From contig CDRNVI010000004.1 of NCBI GenBank assembly GCA_977017575.1, positions 1 through 64,000 on the forward strand: DNA of 64,000 nucleotides, written 5' to 3'. The notes under the pieces were generated by a model. That model did no database searches. It saw nothing but the letters and a program-made list of their open reading frames with translations, and was not told the origin of the DNA. This stretch comes from Paramoeba atlantica (taxonomy: Eukaryota > Protista > Discosea). Of this stretch, positions 10,787-21,044 are shown piece by piece. The stretch's first letter is position 1; each line of letters starts with the position of its first letter. The translations under genes were made by a program, and so were the position numbers.

Positions 10787-12307
10787 CTATCGAAACGACC
10801 ACGTGCTTGGATTCACTGGCGTACTCGCACTCAACGTTCCCACCTTCACCTGCGGGGTAGAGGGCAACGCCCCGGCCCCCGGGAACGCGCTACTCCCCGG
10901 GGTAGTCGTGAGCCCCCCCGGGGCCCCACTCCCCGACCCGAACAACGATGTCGAGGAGGGGAGCCCTGTCGTGGAAGCAGCCCCCAGGGGGGCGCTACCC
11001 CCCCTACTGCCGAATCCCCCCCCGGGGGGTCCCCCCTGGGGAATTCCCGGAGCCCCGGGCAGTGCTCGACTCAGGCTGGGGTCATAGACCAGCCGACGAG
11101 GGCTGGAGGCCATGAGCTCCGAGGGGAGCGGCCTGCGCTCTGTGGGGAGCCCCGAGCCCCGGTGTCGTGGAAGAGGGAGAGGCGGGAACACGGGCTGGGT
11201 GGCCGATTTAGGATTTGTGTTTCGCATACCCAAAGAATGGGTTTGTTGTTGTTGTTGTTGTTGTTGTGTCGCGCGGTGCACAAGTTCATGGGTGGCCGCA
11301 TGACGCTGGGTAACGAGTTTGGAGACTTTACGAAAAAGCTCCTCCTCGGTGCGCATGGCACGGACGAGAACATTTCCGGGTAGGGGAACGGGGTGGGTGG
11401 GGTGTAGAGGTGGGGGTTCGGGTCGTGGGGTTACGCCCCGGGTTATGGTCTGGGTGGTGCGTAGGAGGGTACGCCAGTGGTGACGCATTTGATGGAGTGT
11501 GTGGGAGATAAAGCGTAGGGAGACGTCGTCTTCATGACTCGAACAGGGTTGTGGAACGTTATCCAATGTTTTCTTTACTCGAGGCTGAGCGTCGGTGTCA
11601 ACGATTTGCTTTAGATGCTCCACTTTCGTACGTAATTCTTTTATCTGGTCGTTGAGGTTTTCACCATTGGCATGTAAGGAATCAAGCGACAGCGCACCTG
11701 TGGTTAAGGCACTCATGGTTTGCTCTAAACCCTGGGCCTCACCGACAGGGCGAGCGAGTTCATTCGCAGCAGATTTGGACATGGGTAGCAGCTGAGCACT
11801 CGGTTCCGTACTCGAACGTTTTCCGCTTTGAAGTAACGCGGCATATTCCATTCGCACGGCCTCCATCCCAGAATGCTCCGTGTGGATTTTCCGATTTAAC
11901 TCACGAATCTTCTCCTGCAAGGCGGGTGGCAGAGTTTCAAACCGAGAGGTCTCATTGAGGGTGCTAGTATCGAAAGAAGCGTACCACGGAGCTTGAGGAG
12001 CTGATGTGCCGGAAGCGGATGTGATTGGGCCACCAACGTTTGGTGCGCCAAACAAAGAGGGCTGCGTGGTTGTGGGTTGGGATGTGTTCTGTGAACCGAA
12101 AAGCGCTGTAGTGGACGAGAACGGGCCCGCAGCAGAACTTCCTGATGGTTGAGACGGTGCGGTGCCCCAGGGCAGCGTTGCAGTCGTCTTTGTCCCACCG
12201 GTTCCCCACGGAGTGGAACTTGTACTGGGGGCGAAAGGTGTTGTATTCGATGTGGTTGTTGTGGGGTTCCATCCCCCTGATGCCGTGTTAGTTCCAAACG
12301 GGGCCAT
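10787..12307 (-). CDS. FG-nucleoporin, Nup58/Nup49-like
   Basis: N-terminal PFG/PWG/LFG repeats, SRFETLPPALQEKIREL (Nup49/58 TRFxDLP-like), coiled coil, C-terminal FG/LFG tail. ATG 12307. Confidence 0.7.
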   Translation of the reverse strand: MAPFGTNTASGGWNPTTTTSNTTPFAPSTSSTPWGTGGTKTTATLPWGTAPSQPSGSSAAGPFSSTTALFGSQNTSQPTTTQPSLFGAPNVGGPITSASGTSAPQAPWYASFDTSTLNETSRFETLPPALQEKIRELNRKIHTEHSGMEAVRMEYAALLQSGKRSSTEPSAQLLPMSKSAANELARPVGEAQGLEQTMSALTTGALSLDSLHANGENLNDQIKELRTKVEHLKQIVDTDAQPRVKKTLDNVPQPCSSHEDDVSLRFISHTLHQMRHHWRTLLRTTQTITRGVTPRPEPPPLHPTHPVPLPGNVLVRAMRTEEELFRKVSKLVTQRHAATHELVHRATQQQQQQQQTHSLGMRNTNPKSATQPVFPPLPLPRHRGSGLPTERRPLPSELMASSPRRLVYDPSLSRALPGAPGIPQGGPPGGGFGSRGGSAPLGAASTTGLPSSTSLFGSGSGAPGGLTTTPGSSAFPGAGALPSTPQVKVGTLSASTPVNPSTWSFR

Positions 12308-12616
12308 AAAGGTGAAATAAAAGAAAGAGAAGTGTCGAAAAAGAAACAACTATACGCCAATTTACATGAACTCAACTTGTATTTGACATTGACAAAGGCA
12401 AGGGTGAGTCAGAACCTATACAAACTAAAGTTATGCAGTTGTTTGTGATATTCAAGTTATTCGACTAGTTAAAGTTCTTCTATTTCTATTTTTCGCGAAC
12501 GTTGCAGATAATCGCTGACCTACCTATGAAAGATGAGTTATCGGAGAAGACTTTAACGGGGCCAATAAAATTCGTTAATCGCCAATAAAATTAATGTAGC
12601 ACAATTCGCGTGCTCA

Positions 12617-13024
12617 TCAATGTTCAAGCTTGAGGCCATAATTTTCTACGAGTTGAAGGCACTCCTTCGCTTTATGCACAGCTTCCATGCTGTCCGTATC
12701 CTTCTTTCCCTGCGACAAGGTATTTATACTATTTTTACCTTCTCCTACCCCAATAGTGTCAAGGAATAAGCTCAAGTCATCTTGTGCCTGCTGCAGGCGT
12801 AGCGAGGAGTCAGATATCATCATTTCACTTTCGGAGATAACACGTCGTTGTTGGTTTTGGCGCGCGACTAGCTCCTCTTCGTCACCCTCAGGGGCGCGCA
12901 ACAAAGATAAACGTTTGCGTTCTGTATCTAACTCACGTGCAGCGTACTGACAATCACTCAGAATACGGGTCAGAGATTGTGTCTTAATGCGTAATTGACG
13001 CAGACAGTCTTCAGAAAGTTCCAT
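12617..13024 (-). CDS. TBCA: Tubulin-specific chaperone A
   Basis: LRQLRIKTQSLTRIL...RRVISESEMMISDSSLRLQQAQDDLSLFL, the TBCA three-helix pattern. Confidence 0.88.
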   Translation of the reverse strand: MELSEDCLRQLRIKTQSLTRILSDCQYAARELDTERKRLSLLRAPEGDEEELVARQNQQRRVISESEMMISDSSLRLQQAQDDLSLFLDTIGVGEGKNSINTLSQGKKDTDSMEAVHKAKECLQLVENYGLKLEH

Positions 13025-13409
13025 GGATTAAAAAAGTGTAAGAACAAGGACCCAAATTAAGTGTCAATGGGGCTAAATTAATACTAGCTCTCTGACGTAA
13101 TGCGAAATCGAATACCTGAGTCGAAACCTGTCTTGGTAAAAAATAGTGACTGTATCCGTTACTCATTCCAAAAACAACTTTTATAACACTGTATGCGGAA
13201 CCGAAATTACAATCATCTTTATCTCGTAGCACAGGGAATCCGGTTATCTCGGTTATCCCGTAGTCAATGTCTTCACATTCAGACCCAAAGGGGGGTGGTA
13301 GGCAAACAAACGCCCGGAAGGTTTTTCGAGATCTGTTGAAAGGAATTTGGTCAAAAGCTCTTACGATGCGCTCTGTAGCCTGGGGGGAACCGGTGCCTGG
13401 ACTATACAT
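13011..13409 (-). CDS. Possible small hypothetical protein (132 aa from first ATG)
   Basis: Open frame on the polycistron strand filling a 600-bp gap, protein-like composition, no recognised motif. Overlaps the TBCA start by 14 bp. Confidence 0.3.
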   Translation of the reverse strand: MYSPGTGSPQATERIVRAFDQIPFNRSRKTFRAFVCLPPPFGSECEDIDYGITEITGFPVLRDKDDCNFGSAYSVIKVVFGMSNGYSHYFLPRQVSTQVFDFALRQRASINLAPLTLNLGPCSYTFLIHGTF

Positions 13410-13632
13410 GTACAAATGTAATGTGATGGGTTCACACTCTTTTCCCGTGAACAAGTGATTGCATAGACGAATAAGCTAAACATACAATGTATAAATACAT
13501 CTACAATGTATAAATAAGAATACACGGGCTCTTCCGAAATACGTTCTTCCACTTATCCTTTTCTACCAAGAATTTACTGCTACTATTTTGCTAGTCGCAT
13601 CTTCTGAACCCGTAACGGATTTATCAAGTACA

Positions 13633-14337
13633 CTATTCTGCGGTTCTTAATATGAATTTCAGTTGGACATTTCCTCCCAAACTCATTAATGTTTTTTGGT
13701 TTACTTCTGTAAGATTGATTTCTCCGCTCAGTCGGTTATGTGCCAGGCTTAGAACAATCAAAGATTCTGGAATAAGCTTTAATGATAGAGTTCCGTCCAG
13801 TAAATTGTCCTCTGCTGTCAGCTCTTCCAGGTTTGGAGGCAGGCGACTTAAATCTATTGTACCATTGAATAAATTTTTCCCTAACCGACATTGCAGCAGA
13901 CTTCTAGGCAACTCACGAAGATTTATATTACCGCAAAATCTGTTGCGTTCAATGTGAAGGTGTTGGAGTTTATTGGGAAGCGTCTCAGTGAAGAACTCAC
14001 CATAGAACAGGTTGTCTTGAATATCAAAACTACGAAGGCCTCTCGGTAGTAGGTCCGTAGGTACCCTGCCCTCTAATCGGTTTCCGCGTATCGTCAATGT
14101 AGACAGGGACCAGGGCAAGTGTTGCCACAAAACTGAACCCTTCAGAGACAGTTCGTGCCAAAAGATAGAGATCACACGATGTTCTTTGTCGCAAGTGACT
14201 CCATGCCACTCTCGCACCGACCATTTCTCGTTCCATGAGGGCAGTGGGTTCGACACATCGCTCAGTAATCGTATTAGTTCGTATTCGGCAGGCAATTCGC
14301 TCCCGTGAGCACCTTTAGCAAGGCGAACCGAACTCAT
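13633..14337 (-). CDS. Leucine-rich repeat protein (plant-like LRRNT cap plus LPxxLxxLxLxxNxLxG repeats)
   Basis: WHGVTCDKEHRVISIFW cap; repeats such as LPWSLSTLTIRGNRLEG and LPPNLEELTAEDNLLDG. ATG 14337. Confidence 0.9.
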   Translation of the reverse strand: MSSVRLAKGAHGSELPAEYELIRLLSDVSNPLPSWNEKWSVREWHGVTCDKEHRVISIFWHELSLKGSVLWQHLPWSLSTLTIRGNRLEGRVPTDLLPRGLRSFDIQDNLFYGEFFTETLPNKLQHLHIERNRFCGNINLRELPRSLLQCRLGKNLFNGTIDLSRLPPNLEELTAEDNLLDGTLSLKLIPESLIVLSLAHNRLSGEINLTEVNQKTLMSLGGNVQLKFILRTAE

Positions 14338-14584
14338 GCAATATATACACAATATATAGAATTGGAAAAAACGTAGCCGACAAGCAAAATAAACAAAAGG
14401 CAACCGTCTACGACACATGTATTTGAAATCCACATCGGGAAAGAAATTTATATTGTGGAACCCCTCATCATACAATCGTACATACGGAGTTGTACTAATG
14501 TAACGTACTCAATACATTAAAGAAGCGATAAAATTATTTATTCGGCAAGCTCAGCACGAAAAACGTGCATGATTACTCGACGTC

Positions 14585-16093
14585 CTAACTGGAAGTTCTG
14601 TCATCTGATCGACTAGTTCGGAGTGAGGCTTCTAATTTTCCAAACGCCCCGCTAAGATCAGAGTAAAATATCCTGTATGCGGCAGCCGTGGCTTCGTTCC
14701 GGGGCAGTATCATTGATAACGATTCTTCAGGATTACTCTTCTTAATAAGAATACTATCATGATCTACCGAGGTCTCAATATTTCGTAGAATAGCCTCTCT
14801 TTCTGTAGCAGAAAGTGAAAAATGATTCGGCACATCGTGCAAAGCGGAGTCCTTTACAGGTTCCGTTTCTGTCAGCGAGGTACCTGTTCTGTTGTTCATT
14901 CTCGCTAAATATTCCTGATACGCTGCTTCCATATCCTCAACATTCGATGCGTAAGACTGCTGTGCGTCCATTTTTTTCGGCACCTGACTTTGCTGACTTT
15001 CCGACACTTGCTGCGTCCAGTCCCTCCGTATGCGGACGACTGGCCGTTTCTTGCGTCTCATCTTTTCTAACGCCACACTCACAAAGTCACGCCTACATAT
15101 TGGACAATTCTGATCTTTCTCGACGAAACGGTACAAGCACTCCGTGTGTAGCACATGACCACACGGAAGCTTTCGTGTGGTACAGCTCCCAGATACCCCT
15201 CCCCCGGTCATCTCCTCCATACATATCACACAACTCGGATCCTTTGCAATCTCATCCTCCTGCGGAACCTCACACTCCCGCACAACCCTACAATGCGTGC
15301 GATACACCAACACCCGTCGCAGGGTCTGCATCAGGCCACGAATCGTTAGATAAAGCTCCCGCAGTAAATGCACCGGAACCCCAACATGCTGGAACAGCAC
15401 CGCAAAAAACACAAGCTCCAGCACACACGCCACTAAGGTACACCCTAACGTAAGATAATACTTCGCGGCAATACTTGAACGGTGAAATCTTCGATCCGCG
15501 ATGTGCAACATCAGCCTTAATGAGATCCCGGTCGCGGCCACCAACATCAGGGCCCAATCCAGGGCTATCACCACCCACACACAGCACCCCTCGTTTCGAA
15601 TCACCTCCGTGGCGTACAGCAACATCCGCACCGCGGCATGGAGAAGAAAACTCAAACACAGGGATAGCCGCAACACCTCCCGCGGGTTGGTCTCCGCACT
15701 GGACTCAATCGTGTCGCCCCGGGCGTGCGCGAGCAAATGGAGCGCTTTCGCGAATGCGGTCCCGAGAAGCACCGCGGCGAGACCTGCGGTAAGGTGGAAA
15801 TCGAAATAGGACAGCGCGAAGAGGGATTGCAGGGCGTGGAGGGTGACGGTGTCCGCGACCCCCTCCCCCTCGTGGTCGCGTACGGTTCCGAGCAGAAGGC
15901 GACGGGTGAGGAGGAAACCCCAGAGGGCGGCGAGGAGGGCGTTGTTGGCGGTGAGCGCGGCAAAGGGTTTCGAACGGGTGAGGGCGAGGGCGGTGGGGAA
16001 GTAGGCCGCGGTGGGGTGGGTGGAGTAGGCAGTGTGGACGATGTAGGCCAGGGTGGCGAGGAGACTGTAGAGGGTGTACGAGGAGAGTTTCAT
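14585..16093 (-). CDS. HRD1: HRD1/synoviolin-type ERAD E3 ubiquitin ligase
   Basis: Multi-pass hydrophobic N-half with KALHLL and VPVHLLRELY motifs, then RING-H2 CVICMEE...LPCGHVLHTECL...CPICR. Confidence 0.9.
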   Translation of the reverse strand: MKLSSYTLYSLLATLAYIVHTAYSTHPTAAYFPTALALTRSKPFAALTANNALLAALWGFLLTRRLLLGTVRDHEGEGVADTVTLHALQSLFALSYFDFHLTAGLAAVLLGTAFAKALHLLAHARGDTIESSAETNPREVLRLSLCLSFLLHAAVRMLLYATEVIRNEGCCVWVVIALDWALMLVAATGISLRLMLHIADRRFHRSSIAAKYYLTLGCTLVACVLELVFFAVLFQHVGVPVHLLRELYLTIRGLMQTLRRVLVYRTHCRVVRECEVPQEDEIAKDPSCVICMEEMTGGGVSGSCTTRKLPCGHVLHTECLYRFVEKDQNCPICRRDFVSVALEKMRRKKRPVVRIRRDWTQQVSESQQSQVPKKMDAQQSYASNVEDMEAAYQEYLARMNNRTGTSLTETEPVKDSALHDVPNHFSLSATEREAILRNIETSVDHDSILIKKSNPEESLSMILPRNEATAAAYRIFYSDLSGAFGKLEASLRTSRSDDRTSS

Positions 16094-16532
16094 GGGGGGA
16101 AGGTTGAAAAAATATGTTGGTTTGTTGTGGGAGTGTGGAGTGAATGTCTTTTTTTACGATTTTATGGCTTTCATGAAGCGATGAATAGAGTTGTGCGAAA
16201 CATAGCTGTAATAATAATTTTTGTAATAATAATTATCATTATTTCAAAAAATCAAATTATTAATATTATTAATAACCCCCCCACAGCGAAAAGTCACCCT
16301 CTCTAACTTTTCAGTCAAGTGTCCGTTTGAGTTCATTTTTGTTGCATTTTGCTGTTCCCAACACAAAGATTTTGCGCGTTATAGCATGGAACCAAAACTC
16401 TCAAATGCGTGCATCCCATAGATGGATTATCACTTTCTTCACGTTTTTCAAGAGACCAATTTCTCACACTTTAACTAATTAAATATTCTCCTCCCATGAG
16501 GAAATCAATTATTTCTGTCCGTTTTTGCTGAT

Positions 16533-17173
16533 TTTTGTTGCAAACGAGAGATCTCGTTCTCCTAGCAAAGATCTTTGCCGCTATTTTTAATATTGACCCA
16601 CTTGTGCCCCCTGTCCGCAGAGTGTTTGTTTTCTTAAATTAGTGTGGTATGACGATGCAAAAAAATAGAACCTAAAAACAATTTTTTTTTTCAGTTTCTA
16701 AAATGATCTAAAAATGGTGGGAACGTGTAGATCTCAGAATTTTGAACGAGAAAATGATATCCTAACCCCCTTAGGCCCCTTCAAGCAAAAAGTAAAGGGG
16801 ACAGCTTAAAAAAGTTGATTTATCACTGTTTCAAGAAAGAACCAATCAAAGACAAATATTCCACCACGTGACAAATTGAATGTTTGTTATCTGTTTATGA
16901 TCATTTTTGTTGCAATCGAGAGATCGCGTTCCCCTAGCGAAGATCTGTGACACCATTTTCATGTTGACCCCCTTCTCCCCCCCTGGTCGAGGAACATGAG
17001 ATTTTTCAGGTAATGTTGGCAAGACTATGCAAAAACTTCATTAAAAAAATGAGTTTTAATTTGTTATCTGTGAAGAGGTCTAAAAACAGCGGGAACGTGC
17101 GGATCTCAAAATTTTGAACGAAAAAGTTGTGCAGCAACCCCCCTAAGCCTCGTTGTACCAAAAAAAGAGGGGG
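16533..17173. repeat. Diverged tandem duplication of a ~270-bp module (period ~372 bp)
   Basis: ttttgttgcaa.cgagagatc.cgttc.cctagc.aagatct at 16533 and 16905; gggaacgtg..gatctca.aattttgaacga.aaa at ~16719 and ~17090. Confidence 0.85.
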
Positions 17174-18303
17174 GTGACTTATTCGCTGTGGGGGGTTTAT
17201 TAATATGGGTAATGCCCACTTATATTGCACCCACTTTTCTATTTTTTGGGTCAAACTGTGCCACAGAGTTGAAGTGGACAGCATAACCTAAAAAGCTACT
17301 GGATCACACGCCCGGTCACACAACATAGGGAAACAAGTACACAATCCTGCGGAAGGGACAAACGTTGGTTCTGAGAACGCGCCCCCACTCCCTTCAGTGC
17401 GCGGGGGCGCTAAAATATAATTCTGTCTCAGGGCTACACCCACAGTTGGGCTTTGCTCACAGACGTTCAAAGTTGGGCCTTACCTCCAGACAGGTAAACT
17501 AGGAGTCTTCTCAATATTTCCCACAGCCCTAACATGGGGCAGCATGGTCCAACATGGGACCTCCTAGCGGTCTTCCCCGCCACTGCCATGTGGCACTGAC
17601 GCCAAGCTTTTTTATTGTGGCATTTTATCTGCCCGCAGGCATTTTATCTGCGCATGGGCATTTGACGTGTAATGTGGTGAACTATAAGCATACTGCAACA
17701 TTTTTTTGACGTAAAGTAGGCGGAAGGAGGAAATGAGATAAAGTGTGTGAAGTTACGCTGCGCAAGAAAACATTTCAATGCATTCATATCATTATTTTGA
17801 AAGTGGGTGCAATATAAGTGGTCTGTACCCATTAATATTATTAATAATTCAATATGCATTTATACGAGCGGCTGCGAGTGACACACGAGGAGCCCCTCGC
17901 ATGTGGAGGAGCCCCGACATGTGGTCGGCGTCATTTGCAGCAGTATGGTGGCAGTACCAGGGAAAACTGCGGGGAGATCCAGAAAGCTCATTTTACACAT
18001 CACACAAATACAGAGTTTGGCATTTCCCGGCCCTCGGTATCAGCACTTCATAAGGAGTTGTCGTTGGTACAGCCCATTTACCTGCGTCAGGCGTAGGCTC
18101 CTACCTACTTCCCGCGTAGGTTGAGGTGTATATAATGATGCTGGAAGCATCATCATCGACTCCATAAGGAGATCCCCATCAATGCTCCTTTTCGGGATGA
18201 AAATATTGTTTGATACAAAATTAAGAGCGAGAAATCTGAGTGTTAAAGCCCAATAAAAAATTTTGATAATATATTAATAATTCTTTTTTAGGCTCTGGCG
18301 CCC

Positions 18304-19210
18304 GCACATTGATAATGCATACTAAGCGGCACATTGATAATGCATATAGCACAGCGATATTGCATATAGCACATTGATAATGCATATAGCACATTGATAA
18401 TGCATATAGCACATTGATAATGCATATAGCACATTGATAATGCATATAGCACATTGATAATGCATATAGCACATTGATAATGCATACTAAGCGGCACATT
18501 GATAATGCATATTAAGCGGCACATTGATAATGCATATAGCACATTGATAATGCATATAGCCCATTGATAATGCATATAGCACATTGATAATGCATATAGC
18601 ACATTGATAATGCATATAGCACATTGATAATGCATATAGCCCATTGATAATGCATATAGCACATTGATAATGCATATAGCACATTGATATTGCATATAGC
18701 ACATTGATAATGCATACTAAGCGGCACATTGATAATGCATATTAAGCGGCACATTGATAATGCATATAGCACATTGATAATGCATATAGCCCATTGATAA
18801 TGCATATAGCACATTGATAATGCATATAGCACATTGATAATGCATATAGCACAGCGATATTGCATATAGCACATTGATAATGCATATAGCACATTGATAA
18901 TGCATATAGCACATTGATAATGCATATAGCACATTGATAATGCATATAGCACATTGATAATGCATATAGCACATTGATAATGCATACTAAGCGGCACATT
19001 GATAATGCATATTAAGCGGCACATTGATAATGCATATAGCACATTGATAATGCATATAGCCCATTGATAATGCATATAGCACATTGATAATGCATATAGC
19101 ACATTGATAATGCATATAGCACATTGATAATGCATATAGCCCATTGATAATGCATATAGCACATTGATAATGCATATAGCACATTGATATTGCATATAGC
19201 ACATTGATAA
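18304..19210. repeat. Tandem array of 20-bp unit GCACATTGATAATGCATATA (~44 units) with 500-bp higher-order periodicity
   Basis: Seen directly. Variant units recur 500 bp apart (18351/18851, 18486/18986, 18561/19061, 18641/19141, 18681/19181). Confidence 0.97.
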
Positions 19211-19437
19211 GAGTGACAAAGACATCCGATTCTTATCCATAAATGTGCGTCCTTTATATACACGGGCATGTACTTATGCGCGTTACACTAATATCACACA
19301 GCCTTTCGACTTCGCAAATTGCTTCCCACTAACGACACACATTCTTGTCTTGCAAACGGGTAAACAAGGTCTAGGCTTTGCTAGGGGTTGGGTATGGTGT
19401 CTGGGTTCATTGGCCCGGCCGGCCCCTCCGTGCGTTC

Positions 19438-19549
19438 GGCCTCTCATATTCCCCAAAACAACTACCACCTTCCCCCCATTTATCAGGGGTCGCTCGCGCG
19501 ACCCCCGCTAAATAGGGGGGGAAGGTGGTAGTTGTGGGGTATGGAGGCC
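19438..19549. other. Long GC-rich hairpin (~110 nt) in the foldback core
   Basis: acaactaccaccttcccccc (19458-77) pairs perfectly with 19516-35. Inner stem ggggtcgc/gcgacccc; outer pairing cccc/gggg and ggcct.tcat/atggaggcc. Confidence 0.9.
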
Positions 19550-19626
19550 TCTCGCAACTCCGGGGCCTCACCGGGAGCAGAGACGAGTGTTCACTATTTC
19601 TTGAAAACACCTTTAATTTCCAAACA

Positions 19627-19921
19627 ATGCATCATCAATGTGCTGTATGCATTATCAATGTGCTGTATGCATTATCAATGTGCTGTATGCATTATCAATG
19701 TGCTGTATGCAATATCAATGTGCTATATGCATTATCAATGTGCTATATGCATTATCAATGTGCAGTAACTATGCAATATCAATGTGCCGCTTAGTATGCA
19801 CTATCAATGTGCTATATGCATTATCAATGTGCTATATGCATTATTAATGTGCTATATGCATTATCAATGTGCGGTACGTTATGCATTATCAATGTGCAGT
19901 AACTATGCATTATCAATGTGC
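19627..19921. repeat. Inverted array of the same 20-bp unit (about 14 units)
   Basis: (tatatgcattatcaatgtgc)n, including the reverse complement of the left-array variant gcatactaagcggcac at ~19783. Confidence 0.95.
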
Positions 19922-20829
19922 GAGTGGGTCTTCGTTAAACGCGGTGGTTGTTTTCAACTTAGAAGTCACTCATGCTGCGCGCTTCGCGTTGAAAACTACC
20001 GCTGCGTTTAACGAAGAGCTTAAAAAAGAAAATTTAGCCTGGAAAACGGAAAGATCATAGCCAAAAATAGCCGAATTTTGGGTAAAAATGGGGTGATTTT
20101 CGCGTATTTTTGCTGTCAGAGCACTAAATCCGACATTTGCGCGTGGGAAATCACTCGTAGGCATGAATGAAAGCCTACCGAACGTATTAGGTAGAGAATA
20201 CGACTCCAACCATACCATTCTTTCGACATAAAAATGCCCCTCAAGGTCCGAAAAATACGGTTTCACATTTTTTAGTCAAAAATGGGTCATTTTGAGGGGC
20301 GCACCACGGTTTGAGAAAGTAATGCCTTGCGAAAACAACGGCGTAGAAAGCTAGTGTTGGTCCCAAACTATCAAAATACAATAGGGGAAACGATTTTGGA
20401 AAAATATTTTTTTTGCCATTTTTTTCGCCAAGTTGAATTTTTTTTCAAAATTTTTTTTCCGAAAAATTCCAACTTGGCGGACCCGTCCTGCTGATACGCG
20501 GGGGGGTCACCCCCGGGTAGGGGCGTGGAAAATGCGCGCCAACACCCCGGCTACCCTTTCTGCGGTTTTTTATCGAAAACTAATTTTTTCGAAAAAAATT
20601 GCTCGACCATGACACCCCCCCCTGGACCCCCCATTTTTTTCAATTTTTTTTTTCAGTTTTGGACGACCGGAGCCCCCTTTTGTATTTTTTTCTTCTATTA
20701 TATTACTGTGTTCCCCTTTATATTTTCACTGTTTTTGTTCACTTTTTTTTCAATAATCGAGTGTAGAGCGGTAGTTTTACAACCACCGCAATCTATCAAA
20801 AATAATTTTGTTCAATAATAATTGTTTCG

Positions 20830-21034
20830 AAAAAAAAAATTCTAAAAAAAAATTCGTGCGGTATGCCCCCTCATGGACCCCCCAAGGGTTTTGGACCACC
20901 GGAGCCCCTTTTATATATTTTTCTTCTGTTATAATAGAAGAATTTATTACTGTCTTCCCCTTTATATTTTCACTGTTTTTGTTCACTTTCTTTTTTAATA
21001 ATCGAGGGTAGAGCGGTAGTTATACAACCACCGC
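20830..21034. repeat. Partial extra copy of the P-unit 3' module
   Basis: ggacc.ccggagcccctttt...tttatattttcactgtttttgttcac...atcgagggtagagcggtagttatacaaccaccgc, as at 20640-20789 and 21610-21747. Confidence 0.85.
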
Positions 21035-21044
21035 AATTGATCAA

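Larger units (their letters stand above)
18297..19928. mobile_element. Foldback-like element: two inverted 20-bp satellite arrays around a ~415-bp core, 3-bp TSD (TCT)
   Basis: Left array (gcacattgataatgcatata)n, right array is its reverse complement. TCT at 18294-96 and 19929-31 flanks it, and removing it restores the P palindrome. Confidence 0.85.
18281..20790. mobile_element. Palindrome-headed repeat unit (P-unit) copy A, split by the foldback element
   Basis: ttcttttttaggcTCT (18281-18296) plus TCTtcgttaaacgcgg (from 19929) rebuilds the palindrome seen intact at 21045-21160. Parts of 20030-20790 align with 21160-21750. The unit ends in the gcggtagtt..aaccaccgc hairpin (20768-20789). Confidence 0.8.

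Noticed and set aside
11245-11268. (gtt)n and (ggt)n microsatellites here and at ~7685-7716
   Set aside because: They encode poly-Gln and poly-Thr tracts in real genes.
18304-19921. 20-bp repeat arrays as a CRISPR array
   Set aside because: Units are head-to-tail with no unique spacers, no cas genes are present, and the context is eukaryotic.
18221-20060. Many ORFs of the type MCYMHYQCAICIINVLYALS
   Set aside because: They are translations of the satellite in stop-free frames, not genes.
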